Assembly (NCBI GenBank): GCA_964570365.1 | Contig: CAZMXT010000002.1 | Coordinates: 57,752 to 121,751 of the forward strand | Direction: 5' to 3' | Length of the DNA stretch: 64,000 nucleotides | From: an uncultured Pseudomonadales bacterium | GTDB lineage: Bacteria; Patescibacteriota; Microgenomatia; UBA1400; PJMF01 | Shown: positions 50,867-59,795 of the stretch, piece after piece | Layout: each line of letters starts with the position of its first letter | How positions within the stretch are numbered: position 1 is the first letter of the stretch | The notes under the pieces: generated by a model | The model's database searches: none | Told to the model about the DNA's origin: nothing | Seen by the model: the letters and a program-made list of their open reading frames with translations, nothing else | Translations under genes and position numbers: made by a program

Positions 50867-51226
50867 TCAAGAAATAAAAAGCTGAATTTTCTGCAAAAAT
50901 TCTTCCATTTCAAAAGGCTTAGAAATGAAACCATCAGCTCCGCACTTCTTCGCTAGTACTTCTCCGTCATTTTCTGCTGACACTATAATAACCGGTATTG
51001 AGGCAAACACTGGATTATCTTTGATTCTTTTCACTACTTCACAACCATCCTCTCCTGCAATCCACATGTCCATTATTAACAGATCTGGCTTTACTTTCAA
51101 AAGCATGGTTTCTATGCTAGTAGCGTGACTCAGACTAGTGGCAAGATAGCCATTTTCTTCTAAGATAATACTCAGCACTTCGCGTATGCCTTGGTCATCA
51201 TCAACTAAGAGGACGTGCTTACTCAT
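50867..51226 (-). CDS. single-domain response regulator (CheY-like receiver)
   Basis: LLVDDD...DLLIMD...KPF. Confidence 0.75.
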   Translation of the reverse strand: MSKHVLLVDDDQGIREVLSIILEENGYLATSLSHATSIETMLLKVKPDLLIMDMWIAGEDGCEVVKRIKDNPVFASIPVIIVSAENDGEVLAKKCGADGFISKPFEMEEFLQKIQLFIS

Positions 51227-51249
51227 TAGTTGGGTATTATGACAGATCT

Positions 51250-51561
51250 TTACAAATTATTCTTTTTAGATTCTATTTCTCTTTTTATATCATCAGTAGC
51301 TTTCTCTACTTTTTCTCCTGCTTGTGAACGAGCGTTTTGAGCACCTTCTTTTACTTTCGAAACACTTTCTTCTGCATGGCCTTGAATTTCTTCTACCTTT
51401 TTCTTCACATCAGCACTTACCTGCTCCACTTTATCTACAACCTTTTTCCTTCTTTCCTGATCACTTAAAACCACTGCGGCGGCGGCGGCTCCGATTGCAG
51501 CTCCTACCACTAGAGGACCCATCATTGATTTTTTAGGAGTTTTATCTTGAGTATTTTTCAT
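51250..51561 (-). CDS. YtxH-like protein
   Basis: GPLVVGAAIGAAAAAVV TM then a Lys/Glu-rich coiled coil. Confidence 0.55.
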   Translation of the reverse strand: MKNTQDKTPKKSMMGPLVVGAAIGAAAAAVVLSDQERRKKVVDKVEQVSADVKKKVEEIQGHAEESVSKVKEGAQNARSQAGEKVEKATDDIKREIESKKNNL

Positions 51562-51636
51562 TTGGTTCTTTCTTTATTGAAGGGGCAATACAGATTCACT
51601 ATATTGCCCCTTCCGTCTTGTTTAAGGTGGTCTACC

Positions 51637-51891
51637 TTATTGGGCCCTTCGCAGCATTCTGGCAGCCGCTACTACTAACACAGCTCCAATAACGGCAACG
51701 ATGAGGCTGTAGAGGTTGAATCCTGTTACGCCTGATTGGCCAAAGAAGTTCATTGCAAAGCCCCCTACAATCGCCCCTACAATTCCCAGGACAATGTCTC
51801 CGACTGGTCCTTGGCTACCGTTGCTTTTCATTAGAATTGATGCAACCCAGCCAGCAATTGCTCCAAAAATGATCCAGAGAATAATGTTCAT
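51637..51891 (-). CDS. GlsB/YeaQ/YmgE-family stress membrane protein
   Basis: 84 aa, Gly-rich TM helices, typical of the family. Confidence 0.7.
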   Translation of the reverse strand: MNIILWIIFGAIAGWVASILMKSNGSQGPVGDIVLGIVGAIVGGFAMNFFGQSGVTGFNLYSLIVAVIGAVLVVAAARMLRRAQ

Positions 51892-52005
51892 ATGTTGCTC
51901 CTCCTTATAAATTGTTAATTAGGATCTGTGTTCTATTCTCATCATTATCAGTGATAACAGTGTGAAGCTTAGGTAAGAGGAACGTAAGAATATGGATGAG
52001 CTATC

Positions 52006-52374
52006 TTAACTCAGCCATTTTTGGACCTTAACAATAAATTCATCTGGAAGGACATCGCTCTTAATAAGAAAATCTGAAACTCCTAATTGAGCTGCTTTTT
52101 CAAAAATACTTTCCTGATCTAAGTTAGTTAACAGAATTATTATGGGTAATTTTTTTATTTTTCTTTTCCGAAGAGAAGCTAATAGCTCTAAACCATCCTT
52201 CTGGGGCAGCATTACATCCAATAAAACTAGGTCGTAGGTATTTTTAATAATCTTTTTGAGTCCTAGCATGCCATTCCCAACTCCCTCCACCCGAAAACCT
52301 GCTTTTTTGAGCAGAAAAATATATAACTCCAGTAGAGCTGGTTCATCCTCAATAATCAGTATTTTTGAATCCAT
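52006..52374 (-). CDS. single-domain response regulator (CheY-like receiver)
   Basis: ILIIEDE...DLVLLD...K motifs. Confidence 0.75.
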   Translation of the reverse strand: MDSKILIIEDEPALLELYIFLLKKAGFRVEGVGNGMLGLKKIIKNTYDLVLLDVMLPQKDGLELLASLRKRKIKKLPIIILLTNLDQESIFEKAAQLGVSDFLIKSDVLPDEFIVKVQKWLS

Positions 52375-52377
52375 AAT

Positions 52378-54510
52378 TTAATTTACCGGTAATTGAATTG
52401 AAAAAGATGTACCTGATTTTTTTGAAGAAGTCACCTGAATGCTTCCACTATGTAGCTGAATAATTTGCTGGGAAATATACAGCCCCAATCCTGTTCCTGA
52501 GTTGACCATTTTTTGATAAGAATGCTCAATTCTACTGAACTTCTGAAAAAGCTTTTGTTGATCTTTTTTATTAATACCCGGACCACTGTCTATAACTTTA
52601 ATACCTACTATGAGGCTCATATGGCTTACTTCCACACTTACCTTTCCATTTACTGGAGTAAACTTCAGAGCATTCCCGATAATATTTTGCAGAACTTCCC
52701 GTATTTTTTCCTGATCAGCAATAATATTTACTTTTTTGGTTGTTGGGTTGAAAATGAAGCGTATTTTTCTCTCATCTGCCTTTACTTGGAGTTCTTCTTT
52801 TACTTGAGATATAAGATGTATTACATTAAAACTTTTCAATTTCAGTCCGAAATGATTTCCCTCTATTCTAGAAATCATCAACATGTTTTTTACAAGATGA
52901 ATCAGTCTTTCAGATGACGCGTAAGCAATCTCTAAATGCTGTCGAACCTCATTTGAAAGAGTTGAGGATCCTTGAAGAGACAGCCAAAGATAACTCTTAA
53001 TTGCAGTTAAAGGAGTTCGCAGCTCATGGGAAGCGATAGTAACAAACTCGTCCTTCAATCGATCTAATTGTCTTAGGGTAGCGTTGGTCTTTTGCAACTT
53101 TCGAGTCGCTCGAGCCACTTCCTGCTCCAGTTTTTGATTAAAGGTTGAAATTTCGTCGTAAGAAAGAGCATTTTTCACTGCAATCGAGAGTTGAGGACAC
53201 AAAATTTCTAAGACACTTAGGTCTTCTAAAGTGAAGTCATCACCAGACGATTTTTCTCCTAGAAATAAAGTGCCCATTAATTTCTCCCCAACTCTTAGAT
53301 CCAAGGCGGCCATTAGCCCATATTTTCTAGCCATTTCCTTTCCATCTGATTCTGGAACTTCACTAAAAAGCAGTATTTTCCTTACAGAAGAAAAATCCGA
53401 ACTCAACAAATAGAATCTTTTCTCAGCTTCTCTAGTAAGGTTTTTTTTATCGGTGCTGAAAACAGCATTCTGACTACCTGGTATAACCAAAGTTAAGGAG
53501 CTAAACTTCATTTCCTGTTGAAGCTTTTTGAGGAACAAAGAAATAAGTTCCTGAAGGACAATATTGGTGGAAGCAATATGAGCCAGTTCATGCAGTAACT
53601 TTCGAGCATCATACGCGTTCCGGAAAAAAACTTTTTCTGTTAATTTTTCGATGAATCGCCTAAGTGGCTGGAAAGTAAGTGCCGCAAATACGGAAACGAT
53701 CACCCCATAAACTACATCTACTGTATCGCGCTGCTGTTCTGTAAAAAATTCTCCTAAGAGAAAAAGTCCTCCAATATAGAGCAGCGCAACTGTAGACATA
53801 AAGAATAGATACCCGAACGAGCGAACAATAACAAATTTAATATCCAGCAAACGATGTTTGACAATCGCATAAGTCAGAAATATAACCAGAATGAGTGAAA
53901 AGCTTGGACCCAAAGCAACCATGCTTAAGTTATTCCAAACTACTACTGCAAGAAAGTTAGTAGAAAAACCCAATGCTACAGTCAAAATCAAACCCAGCAC
54001 TACAAAGAAAACTTGAGCTTTCTGCCTTCCCATTGAGTTTCTATACTTTGAAACTAAACTTAAAAATGCAGCCAGACTAAGCATGGAAAAGTTCAAGCCA
54101 TAAAGGGCAGCAGCAGGGCCGGGTGTTAAGCTAGGTTTCCCACCTACAAAGCTGTAGCTAGAAAACATTAACGACGTGGGCGTTAATAGCAGAACGCATG
54201 CTGTTACCGCTGTAAGAAAGACTAACAATACTCTGTTTACTTTTTCAGGTTTATTAGGAAAAAAGTAAGCAATCAGAAAAAAAACCAGTGGAATTGGAGT
54301 AGTAACAAACATTACTGCTCGCACCCAAAATAAGCGTTGAGCTGCATCAACAGGCAATAACGAGCAGGTATTTGCAACTGTCCACAAGGTCAGCAGAAGT
54401 ATAAAAATCACTACCAAAATATTTACTGGATGTCTTCTATTTCTGAGAAAAACTAAAGTAGCTAAACAAAGATTAGTAACAATAGTAATGACTGCAATGT
54501 AGATAATCAT
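52378..54510 (-). CDS. sensor histidine kinase with a multi-TM N-terminal sensor
   Basis: ~8 TM helices, HisKA (IASHELRTPLT), HATPase (GTGLGL); ORF to 54555 but the likely start is MIIYIAV. Confidence 0.8.
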   Translation of the reverse strand: MIIYIAVITIVTNLCLATLVFLRNRRHPVNILVVIFILLLTLWTVANTCSLLPVDAAQRLFWVRAVMFVTTPIPLVFFLIAYFFPNKPEKVNRVLLVFLTAVTACVLLLTPTSLMFSSYSFVGGKPSLTPGPAAALYGLNFSMLSLAAFLSLVSKYRNSMGRQKAQVFFVVLGLILTVALGFSTNFLAVVVWNNLSMVALGPSFSLILVIFLTYAIVKHRLLDIKFVIVRSFGYLFFMSTVALLYIGGLFLLGEFFTEQQRDTVDVVYGVIVSVFAALTFQPLRRFIEKLTEKVFFRNAYDARKLLHELAHIASTNIVLQELISLFLKKLQQEMKFSSLTLVIPGSQNAVFSTDKKNLTREAEKRFYLLSSDFSSVRKILLFSEVPESDGKEMARKYGLMAALDLRVGEKLMGTLFLGEKSSGDDFTLEDLSVLEILCPQLSIAVKNALSYDEISTFNQKLEQEVARATRKLQKTNATLRQLDRLKDEFVTIASHELRTPLTAIKSYLWLSLQGSSTLSNEVRQHLEIAYASSERLIHLVKNMLMISRIEGNHFGLKLKSFNVIHLISQVKEELQVKADERKIRFIFNPTTKKVNIIADQEKIREVLQNIIGNALKFTPVNGKVSVEVSHMSLIVGIKVIDSGPGINKKDQQKLFQKFSRIEHSYQKMVNSGTGLGLYISQQIIQLHSGSIQVTSSKKSGTSFSIQLPVN

Positions 54511-55775
54511 TGATTGTTGGATAGTTGTTGAAAGAATTGTTCTGCAACCACACAAGCCGCCGCTACGCTCAAGCTTTGAGGGATGGGTGGTTTCTTTTTA
54601 AAGTACACACCGTGAATAGTTTCTCCCACTACAGTTGTAGGTTGAATACTATTCGGTTCACTAATAATTTTTACTGGCAATCCGTGTTTTCTCAGCACGC
54701 GGTGAAGAGCCGGCTGAGTATTAAATATTTCATGACTTACATCAGGCCAATTTCGAGCAATTCCTTCATGGATAATCATCATTAAACTTGCACTCACAGT
54801 CGCCCTATCAGCTTCAGAAGCAACTTGTTTGAGTAAATCTGCCGACACTACATTAAGCCGTGTAATCTCAGCTAAAGAACTTTCCGGAAGATCAGCAAGC
54901 TCCTCTCCATCTTGGTTGTAAGCAAAACTGAGAGCGGCTTGAGTTGGTAAAGAGCTCAAAAGACTAGGATGAATTTGGGGAGCTCCAGCCTCAATCTTGG
55001 TTTCTCTTAGGGATTTTTCCCCACTTCCACGCATGGCGCCCATTGAACCTACTATGTACTTTTTGCCCTGATGTGAAGCAATAACTAGTGCCACCAAGTA
55101 GTCGTCTCGAAAAGAATGCATCATTGCTAGAAGTAACTCAGCTTCTAGTTGCTGGCGGTAGCGGAGTTGCAGCCGTTCGTAATTTTTTCCAGTGACTTTT
55201 TTCCCTGATGCACTTAGAGTACCTAATGCTATTTTTTCGGCTACTTCAGAGGTTTGGAGGAGTTCTCTAGCATATATATGGGTTGACATATCAACGATTT
55301 GAGCAATAAATCCTAAGTTTAAAAATTGAATTAGTCCGCACCACAAGCTTAAATTTTGGCCATCTATCTCTACTTGAATTGCACTTTCTGAAATACTTTT
55401 ATAGTCGGGATCCTTATTTACATACCAATAAGCTTTATCATAAAAATGATAAGTAGGTAGACTTACAATACTCAGAGGGTGGGAACTCTCGTAATACAAC
55501 TCCTGATGAAGAGCAAAAATATGTGCCATACTTTCTAGCTCCAGTGATTTTAGTCCCGGAGATCTAAACCTTTCTATTTCTCTAATAACACTCCTAACTT
55601 TCTTAGTAATTTTTTGTTTCTCAAGATCTACTACTAACCTCATACTTTCAAGATAATTAACATCTTCTAGACCATACAAAGTTGTTTGTCCTTCAGTTCC
55701 AGATCCATCTATTAATCTTTTTCCTTCTCTTAACATTTTTTCTCCTATGTGGAAGATTATAGCTTGATAGATCAA
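54507..55775 (-). CDS. hypothetical protein (422 aa)
   Basis: Long clean ORF upstream of the kinase; no family recognised. Confidence 0.5.
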   Translation of the reverse strand: MIYQAIIFHIGEKMLREGKRLIDGSGTEGQTTLYGLEDVNYLESMRLVVDLEKQKITKKVRSVIREIERFRSPGLKSLELESMAHIFALHQELYYESSHPLSIVSLPTYHFYDKAYWYVNKDPDYKSISESAIQVEIDGQNLSLWCGLIQFLNLGFIAQIVDMSTHIYARELLQTSEVAEKIALGTLSASGKKVTGKNYERLQLRYRQQLEAELLLAMMHSFRDDYLVALVIASHQGKKYIVGSMGAMRGSGEKSLRETKIEAGAPQIHPSLLSSLPTQAALSFAYNQDGEELADLPESSLAEITRLNVVSADLLKQVASEADRATVSASLMMIIHEGIARNWPDVSHEIFNTQPALHRVLRKHGLPVKIISEPNSIQPTTVVGETIHGVYFKKKPPIPQSLSVAAACVVAEQFFQQLSNNQ

Positions 55776-55985
55776 TACTTCACTGATGTGTAGATTTTAT
55801 CCAGTCCTCAGTATTAAGATTATTCCGCAATTGTTAAATATTTATTAACTCTGAGAATGAGCTCTAGTGCCCTTTTAACTCAAATTGGTGTGAATTGGAA
55901 GGCCGTGAGAGTTGAAAAAAGTAAAGAACTTGAAGGCTCTGCCGGACTTCCCGCATGAGCAGCATAAAAGGTAGGATTAACCTAA

Positions 55986-56369
55986 CTACATACTCAATAA
56001 GAATGCGAGTACTTTGGGTAAAAAGATAATTCCGGCAATAATGGCTGCTGTGACTGCTACTGAGAGAACTGCCCCAGCAGCTATATCGCGAGCACGTCCG
56101 GCTGCAACATATGGAAGACCTAGATCATCCCGCAAACGGTCACAGATCTCTTCAATTGCGGTATTAAAAAGTTCAGCACTGATGACTACACCAAATAGCA
56201 AAATAACAATAATCCATTCGACGGATGAGATTCGGAAAAAAACGCTGAGAATAACGATTATTACCACAGCAGTAATATGAATCTTCATATTCCGCTCTTC
56301 AAAGCCACTGACTAACCCCTTAAAGGCGTAGACAAATCCCATTAAAAAATGACGCAAGAAACTCATCAT
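55986..56369 (-). CDS. dgkA: diacylglycerol kinase (DgkA family)
   Basis: 127 aa, 3 TM helices, AELFNTAIEE conserved segment. Confidence 0.65.
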   Translation of the reverse strand: MMSFLRHFLMGFVYAFKGLVSGFEERNMKIHITAVVIIVILSVFFRISSVEWIIVILLFGVVISAELFNTAIEEICDRLRDDLGLPYVAAGRARDIAAGAVLSVAVTAAIIAGIIFLPKVLAFLLSM

Positions 56370-56412
56370 GATCTCCGTTTATTCTCTAGCTGTGTAACTG
56401 TATCATAAAAAA

Positions 56413-57570
56413 TCACAGGCTTGGAGAAGGACTAGCTGAGGCAGAAGCCGCAGGCTCCGTAATCGGAGCGACCAGTTGGGTGCTAACCCATTCATGAACT
56501 CCCTGCCAATTTCCCACCCCATCTTTGGCAACTAAGATACTTTGCCCATTTGCGCTGCGGGATAACATTAAGGCATTGTCTTCGGTTAATGCGAAACTGT
56601 GGATACTAAAGCCACGTAATTCGTCCTTATAACGCAAAAACATCTGCATGTCAGCTAGAGTTAAATCAGTGGTCAGATCATTCGATAAACTTGAGATAAA
56701 AGGAAGTACTTTAGGGAAAAAATCTAGACTAAAGACCCGCTCTTTGACCGCCAATAAAAGATTCCGCTGACGTGCAGCTCGACCGAAGTCAGTTCCATCT
56801 TGAGCGGAGTGGCGAGACCGAACATACTTCAGCGCTGTTTCTCCACTCATTAATGTTCGACCTCTATCAAAGTGAAGTTGCTCATAGCGACAGGGAAGCT
56901 CTTTCTCGGCTATGCTCGCGGAAACGGTTGCCAGAGCCTTAAGCTCTTCATCTGTCTTGCCGCAGGGGTCAGTTTCTTTTCCTTCAATTGGGTAAAGAAA
57001 ATCGTCAAAGGTTTTCTCTACATTGACGTTAACGCCTCCTAGAACATTAACCGAGCGTTTGAAGCCGTGAAAATTCAAAGCTACAAAGTTATCTATTTCT
57101 AATCCTGTCACCTGATTTACAGCATACTTGGCTAGCTCACCTCCACCAGCTTCTCCGGTATACCGGGCCGGCTTGAACCTGTAACTCCGATCATCTGCCC
57201 CATTTGCGTAGGCAGCATTGATTTTCCAAGAGCTGTTCTGCTCAGGAGTTAATGGTAGAGACACCCATAAATCTCGAGGTAAGGAAATAAGAGTGATACT
57301 TTTTTTCTCTGGCCAGATGTGCACCACCATCATCGAGTCTGTCAGCTTCCCACCTTCATGGGCTCCACCCCCATATCCAAGCAAAATGAAGGCATACGGT
57401 AAGGCATTATTAAAGCTGTCTACTGGAGTATGAGCAGGCGTAAGCGCCGAATCCCTGTCTTGAGTATTTGGCTGCACCGAAATTTTTTGGAAATTTCCAT
57501 ATAAGAAAAATCCAAATCCCATACTGAGAGAAACCAGACCTAGCAGAATGAGGATTAAAACTTTTTTCAC
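56413..57570 (-). CDS. LytR-CpsA-Psr (LCP) family protein
   Basis: TM plus LCP domain; ORF extends to 57687 across the upstream receiver, so a GTG at 57570 is the likely start. Confidence 0.7.
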   Translation of the reverse strand: MKKVLILILLGLVSLSMGFGFFLYGNFQKISVQPNTQDRDSALTPAHTPVDSFNNALPYAFILLGYGGGAHEGGKLTDSMMVVHIWPEKKSITLISLPRDLWVSLPLTPEQNSSWKINAAYANGADDRSYRFKPARYTGEAGGGELAKYAVNQVTGLEIDNFVALNFHGFKRSVNVLGGVNVNVEKTFDDFLYPIEGKETDPCGKTDEELKALATVSASIAEKELPCRYEQLHFDRGRTLMSGETALKYVRSRHSAQDGTDFGRAARQRNLLLAVKERVFSLDFFPKVLPFISSLSNDLTTDLTLADMQMFLRYKDELRGFSIHSFALTEDNALMLSRSANGQSILVAKDGVGNWQGVHEWVSTQLVAPITEPAASASASPSPSL

Positions 57571-57592
57571 TTCGGAGAAGGAGTATAGCAAA

Positions 57593-57970
57593 TTATAGGT
57601 ATGGTGTTCCGACTTTCTCTGCCACTTTGATGAGTAACTCTTCCATCTCGAAAGGCTTAGCAATAAAATCATCTGCCCCAGCATCAAAAGCTGATTGCTT
57701 TACGTCTCGACTAGCTGAGATCAAGATAATAGGTAAATCTTTGGTATGCTGCTGGGAACGAAGCACTCGGCAAATTTCCCTGCCATCTTCTCCTGCCATC
57801 CAAATATCCAGTAAGACCAGATCGGGTAAGATTGATTCTTTCTTAGAAGAAGCAAGCACCTTTTTTCCATTCGTGACCACGTCTACATCATATCCAGCAT
57901 CTTCAAGAACAATCTGAATTACGTCTAATATAGCAGTATCATCATCGGCCACCAGAATCCTTTTCTTCAT
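57593..57970 (-). CDS. single-domain response regulator (CheY-like receiver)
   Basis: ILVADDD...DLVLLD...KPF. Confidence 0.75.
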   Translation of the reverse strand: MKKRILVADDDTAILDVIQIVLEDAGYDVDVVTNGKKVLASSKKESILPDLVLLDIWMAGEDGREICRVLRSQQHTKDLPIILISASRDVKQSAFDAGADDFIAKPFEMEELLIKVAEKVGTPYL

Positions 57971-58275
57971 AGAAGAATATAGCTTAGAAGAGAAAAAACA
58001 ATCTCCCGTGTGGAAAGCGTAAGAAAGACGTGAGAAAATACTCTAATACCAAAAGACAATCCTCAATATCCCAGAAACCTGCCCTTAGTATCAAGGCCGC
58101 GAAAAAGCTTTCGCAACGCGGAATATCAAAGAACAGAAAGACCTATTCCCACCAAGCTATATAAGATTGGTGAATTACTGTTTCTGGCTTAGCGCTCAGT
58201 GGTGACCAAATCGGCCATGACACTTCTCTGGTACATGGCATTCCAAACGTCGCGGTACTCCCCACAGAGATAGAT

Positions 58276-58632
58276 GTGCCTCACCCTCTAGAACACACAG
58301 ATCTATATACCCGTATTATTCAAGCGGGTGAAGGGTACCCAGGCAATGTCATTCTTTCTGAATACGGACCTAAAGAGTTGGTAGCCATGAGTCCTAAGTA
58401 CTATGATCGTAATCGCATAACTACCTGGATGAGTGGAGTTGTGCTGACGCATGGGATTGAACGAGCAAATAGTGGAGCAATCCACTCAGTGATACTGGCC
58501 AGGCATGCACAAATTCCGGTCTTTTTTATTGCAGGAACCGTTTCTCAAGATGCAGCAGCAAAGCTGGCAATGCTAGGAGCGGGAGCAGTGAACTCACCTG
58601 ACCAAATGGTTGAACTGCTTCAGAAAAAGTAA
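58276..58632 (+). CDS. stand-alone PEP-utilising-enzyme mobile (phospho-His) domain protein, possibly a gene remnant
   Basis: SGAIHSVILARHAQIPVFFIAG resembles the PEP-utilisers His motif; GTG start, and the frame is open upstream to 58174 without a start codon. Confidence 0.45.
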   Translation: MPHPLEHTDLYTRIIQAGEGYPGNVILSEYGPKELVAMSPKYYDRNRITTWMSGVVLTHGIERANSGAIHSVILARHAQIPVFFIAGTVSQDAAAKLAMLGAGAVNSPDQMVELLQKK

Positions 58633-58703
58633 TCTGCTATGCAGATTGACATTTAAAAGCTCCTGCCCCATACTACCGACTCTCATAAGTAGTAGATACA
58701 CAT

Positions 58704-58925
58704 ATGGTTGAGCTTTTAGAAAACAAACAAGACGCAAAAGACTCTCTTGACTCACTTTTTAGAAAAGTGAGAGAAATGTTGATTCCTACTGATAACAAAG
58801 AAGAAGTCATTGAGTCCGAAAGTTTTACTCAGTGGATGGACTGTATTACCCTGCAGTATTTTGCCAGTATTGACGATGATAACAGTGAGGGAGAACAATT
58901 ACTTGAGTTCAAACGTGCTATGTAA
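58704..58925 (+). CDS. small acidic hypothetical protein (73 aa)
   Basis: Clean ORF; its stop abuts the next ATG. Confidence 0.35.
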   Translation: MVELLENKQDAKDSLDSLFRKVREMLIPTDNKEEVIESESFTQWMDCITLQYFASIDDDNSEGEQLLEFKRAM

Positions 58926-59126
58926 ATGACAGATTTTCTAGTAACGGGCTTAAAAGATCCTGAAGAAATAGAAAGCTATTTCCGAGAAATCCTCGCTCTC
59001 TTATTCACATTTATGGATTGTAACCCAGTGGTCTCAATCGATCTACTTTACAAAAAATTAGACTGCATTTGGGACAGAATAGTTATTACTGTTGAGAGTA
59101 AATGGGCCAAGGCTTTACCCCAATAA
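58926..59126 (+). CDS. small acidic hypothetical protein (66 aa)
   Basis: Starts 1 nt after the preceding stop (TAAATG). Confidence 0.35.
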   Translation: MTDFLVTGLKDPEEIESYFREILALLFTFMDCNPVVSIDLLYKKLDCIWDRIVITVESKWAKALPQ

Positions 59127-59129
59127 TTA

Positions 59130-59777
59130 TCACTTCCTCAGCATCTTAAAGGCATGATTCCAAGTATTATTCTTGGCTCCATAGTAGACCCAGAGGATAC
59201 ACAACGGCTCAGTAATTCTCGATTGTTCTATTCCACCTAGATCAGTAATATTCTTCCAACCAAAGTCGCGGAGCAGCTGAGTGACTAGTTGCTTGGCACC
59301 TTCATCATTACCACAGAGCAGCATGTCAGGATCCCCTTCTTCAAAACTTGGGCTGACCATCATTGGGTTCCCCACAATATTGAGCGTCTTGACTATCTTC
59401 GCCTCTGGGAGCTGAGCCTGTAGTTGCTCCCCACCTGATGTGGTAAATCCTACCGCAAGTGTAGGGAGTGGGCCGTGAGAGAAATCTAATGGATTAGTCA
59501 CATCAATGACAACTTTATTGGCAAAGTTCTTCGGCTCAGCAAGCGTAATAGCCTGAGAATTTTGAACTCCTTTGGTGGCAACGACTAACAGCTCTCCAAA
59601 GACCGCTGTTTCTGAAAAAGTTCCCGTCGAGGCAAGCTCTCCCTGAGACTTGGTCCAGTGCTTTAATTTTTCACTCTCAGGATCCCGAGACCCAATCTTC
59701 ACCTGATGACCAAGGCCAATAAAACCTTTACCCAACGCTTGTCCAACATCTCCCGAACCAATAATGCCTATTTTCAT
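59130..59777 (-). CDS. NAD(P)-binding oxidoreductase (F420-dependent NADP reductase / ProC-like Rossmann fold)
   Basis: MKIGIIGSGDVGQALG dinucleotide-binding motif at the N-terminus. Confidence 0.6.
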   Translation of the reverse strand: MKIGIIGSGDVGQALGKGFIGLGHQVKIGSRDPESEKLKHWTKSQGELASTGTFSETAVFGELLVVATKGVQNSQAITLAEPKNFANKVVIDVTNPLDFSHGPLPTLAVGFTTSGGEQLQAQLPEAKIVKTLNIVGNPMMVSPSFEEGDPDMLLCGNDEGAKQLVTQLLRDFGWKNITDLGGIEQSRITEPLCILWVYYGAKNNTWNHAFKMLRK

Positions 59778-59795
59778 ATGCTCGATTCTAACAGA

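Noticed and set aside
58135-58160. Hairpin GCGAAA-AAGC-TTTCGC in the 57971..58275 spacer
   Set aside because: No U-tract on either strand and no obvious functional context; recorded only as structure.
58633-58647. Hairpin ATCTGC-TAT-GCAGAT after the PEP-domain ORF
   Set aside because: Short AT-containing stem and no downstream U-run; not convincing as an intrinsic terminator.
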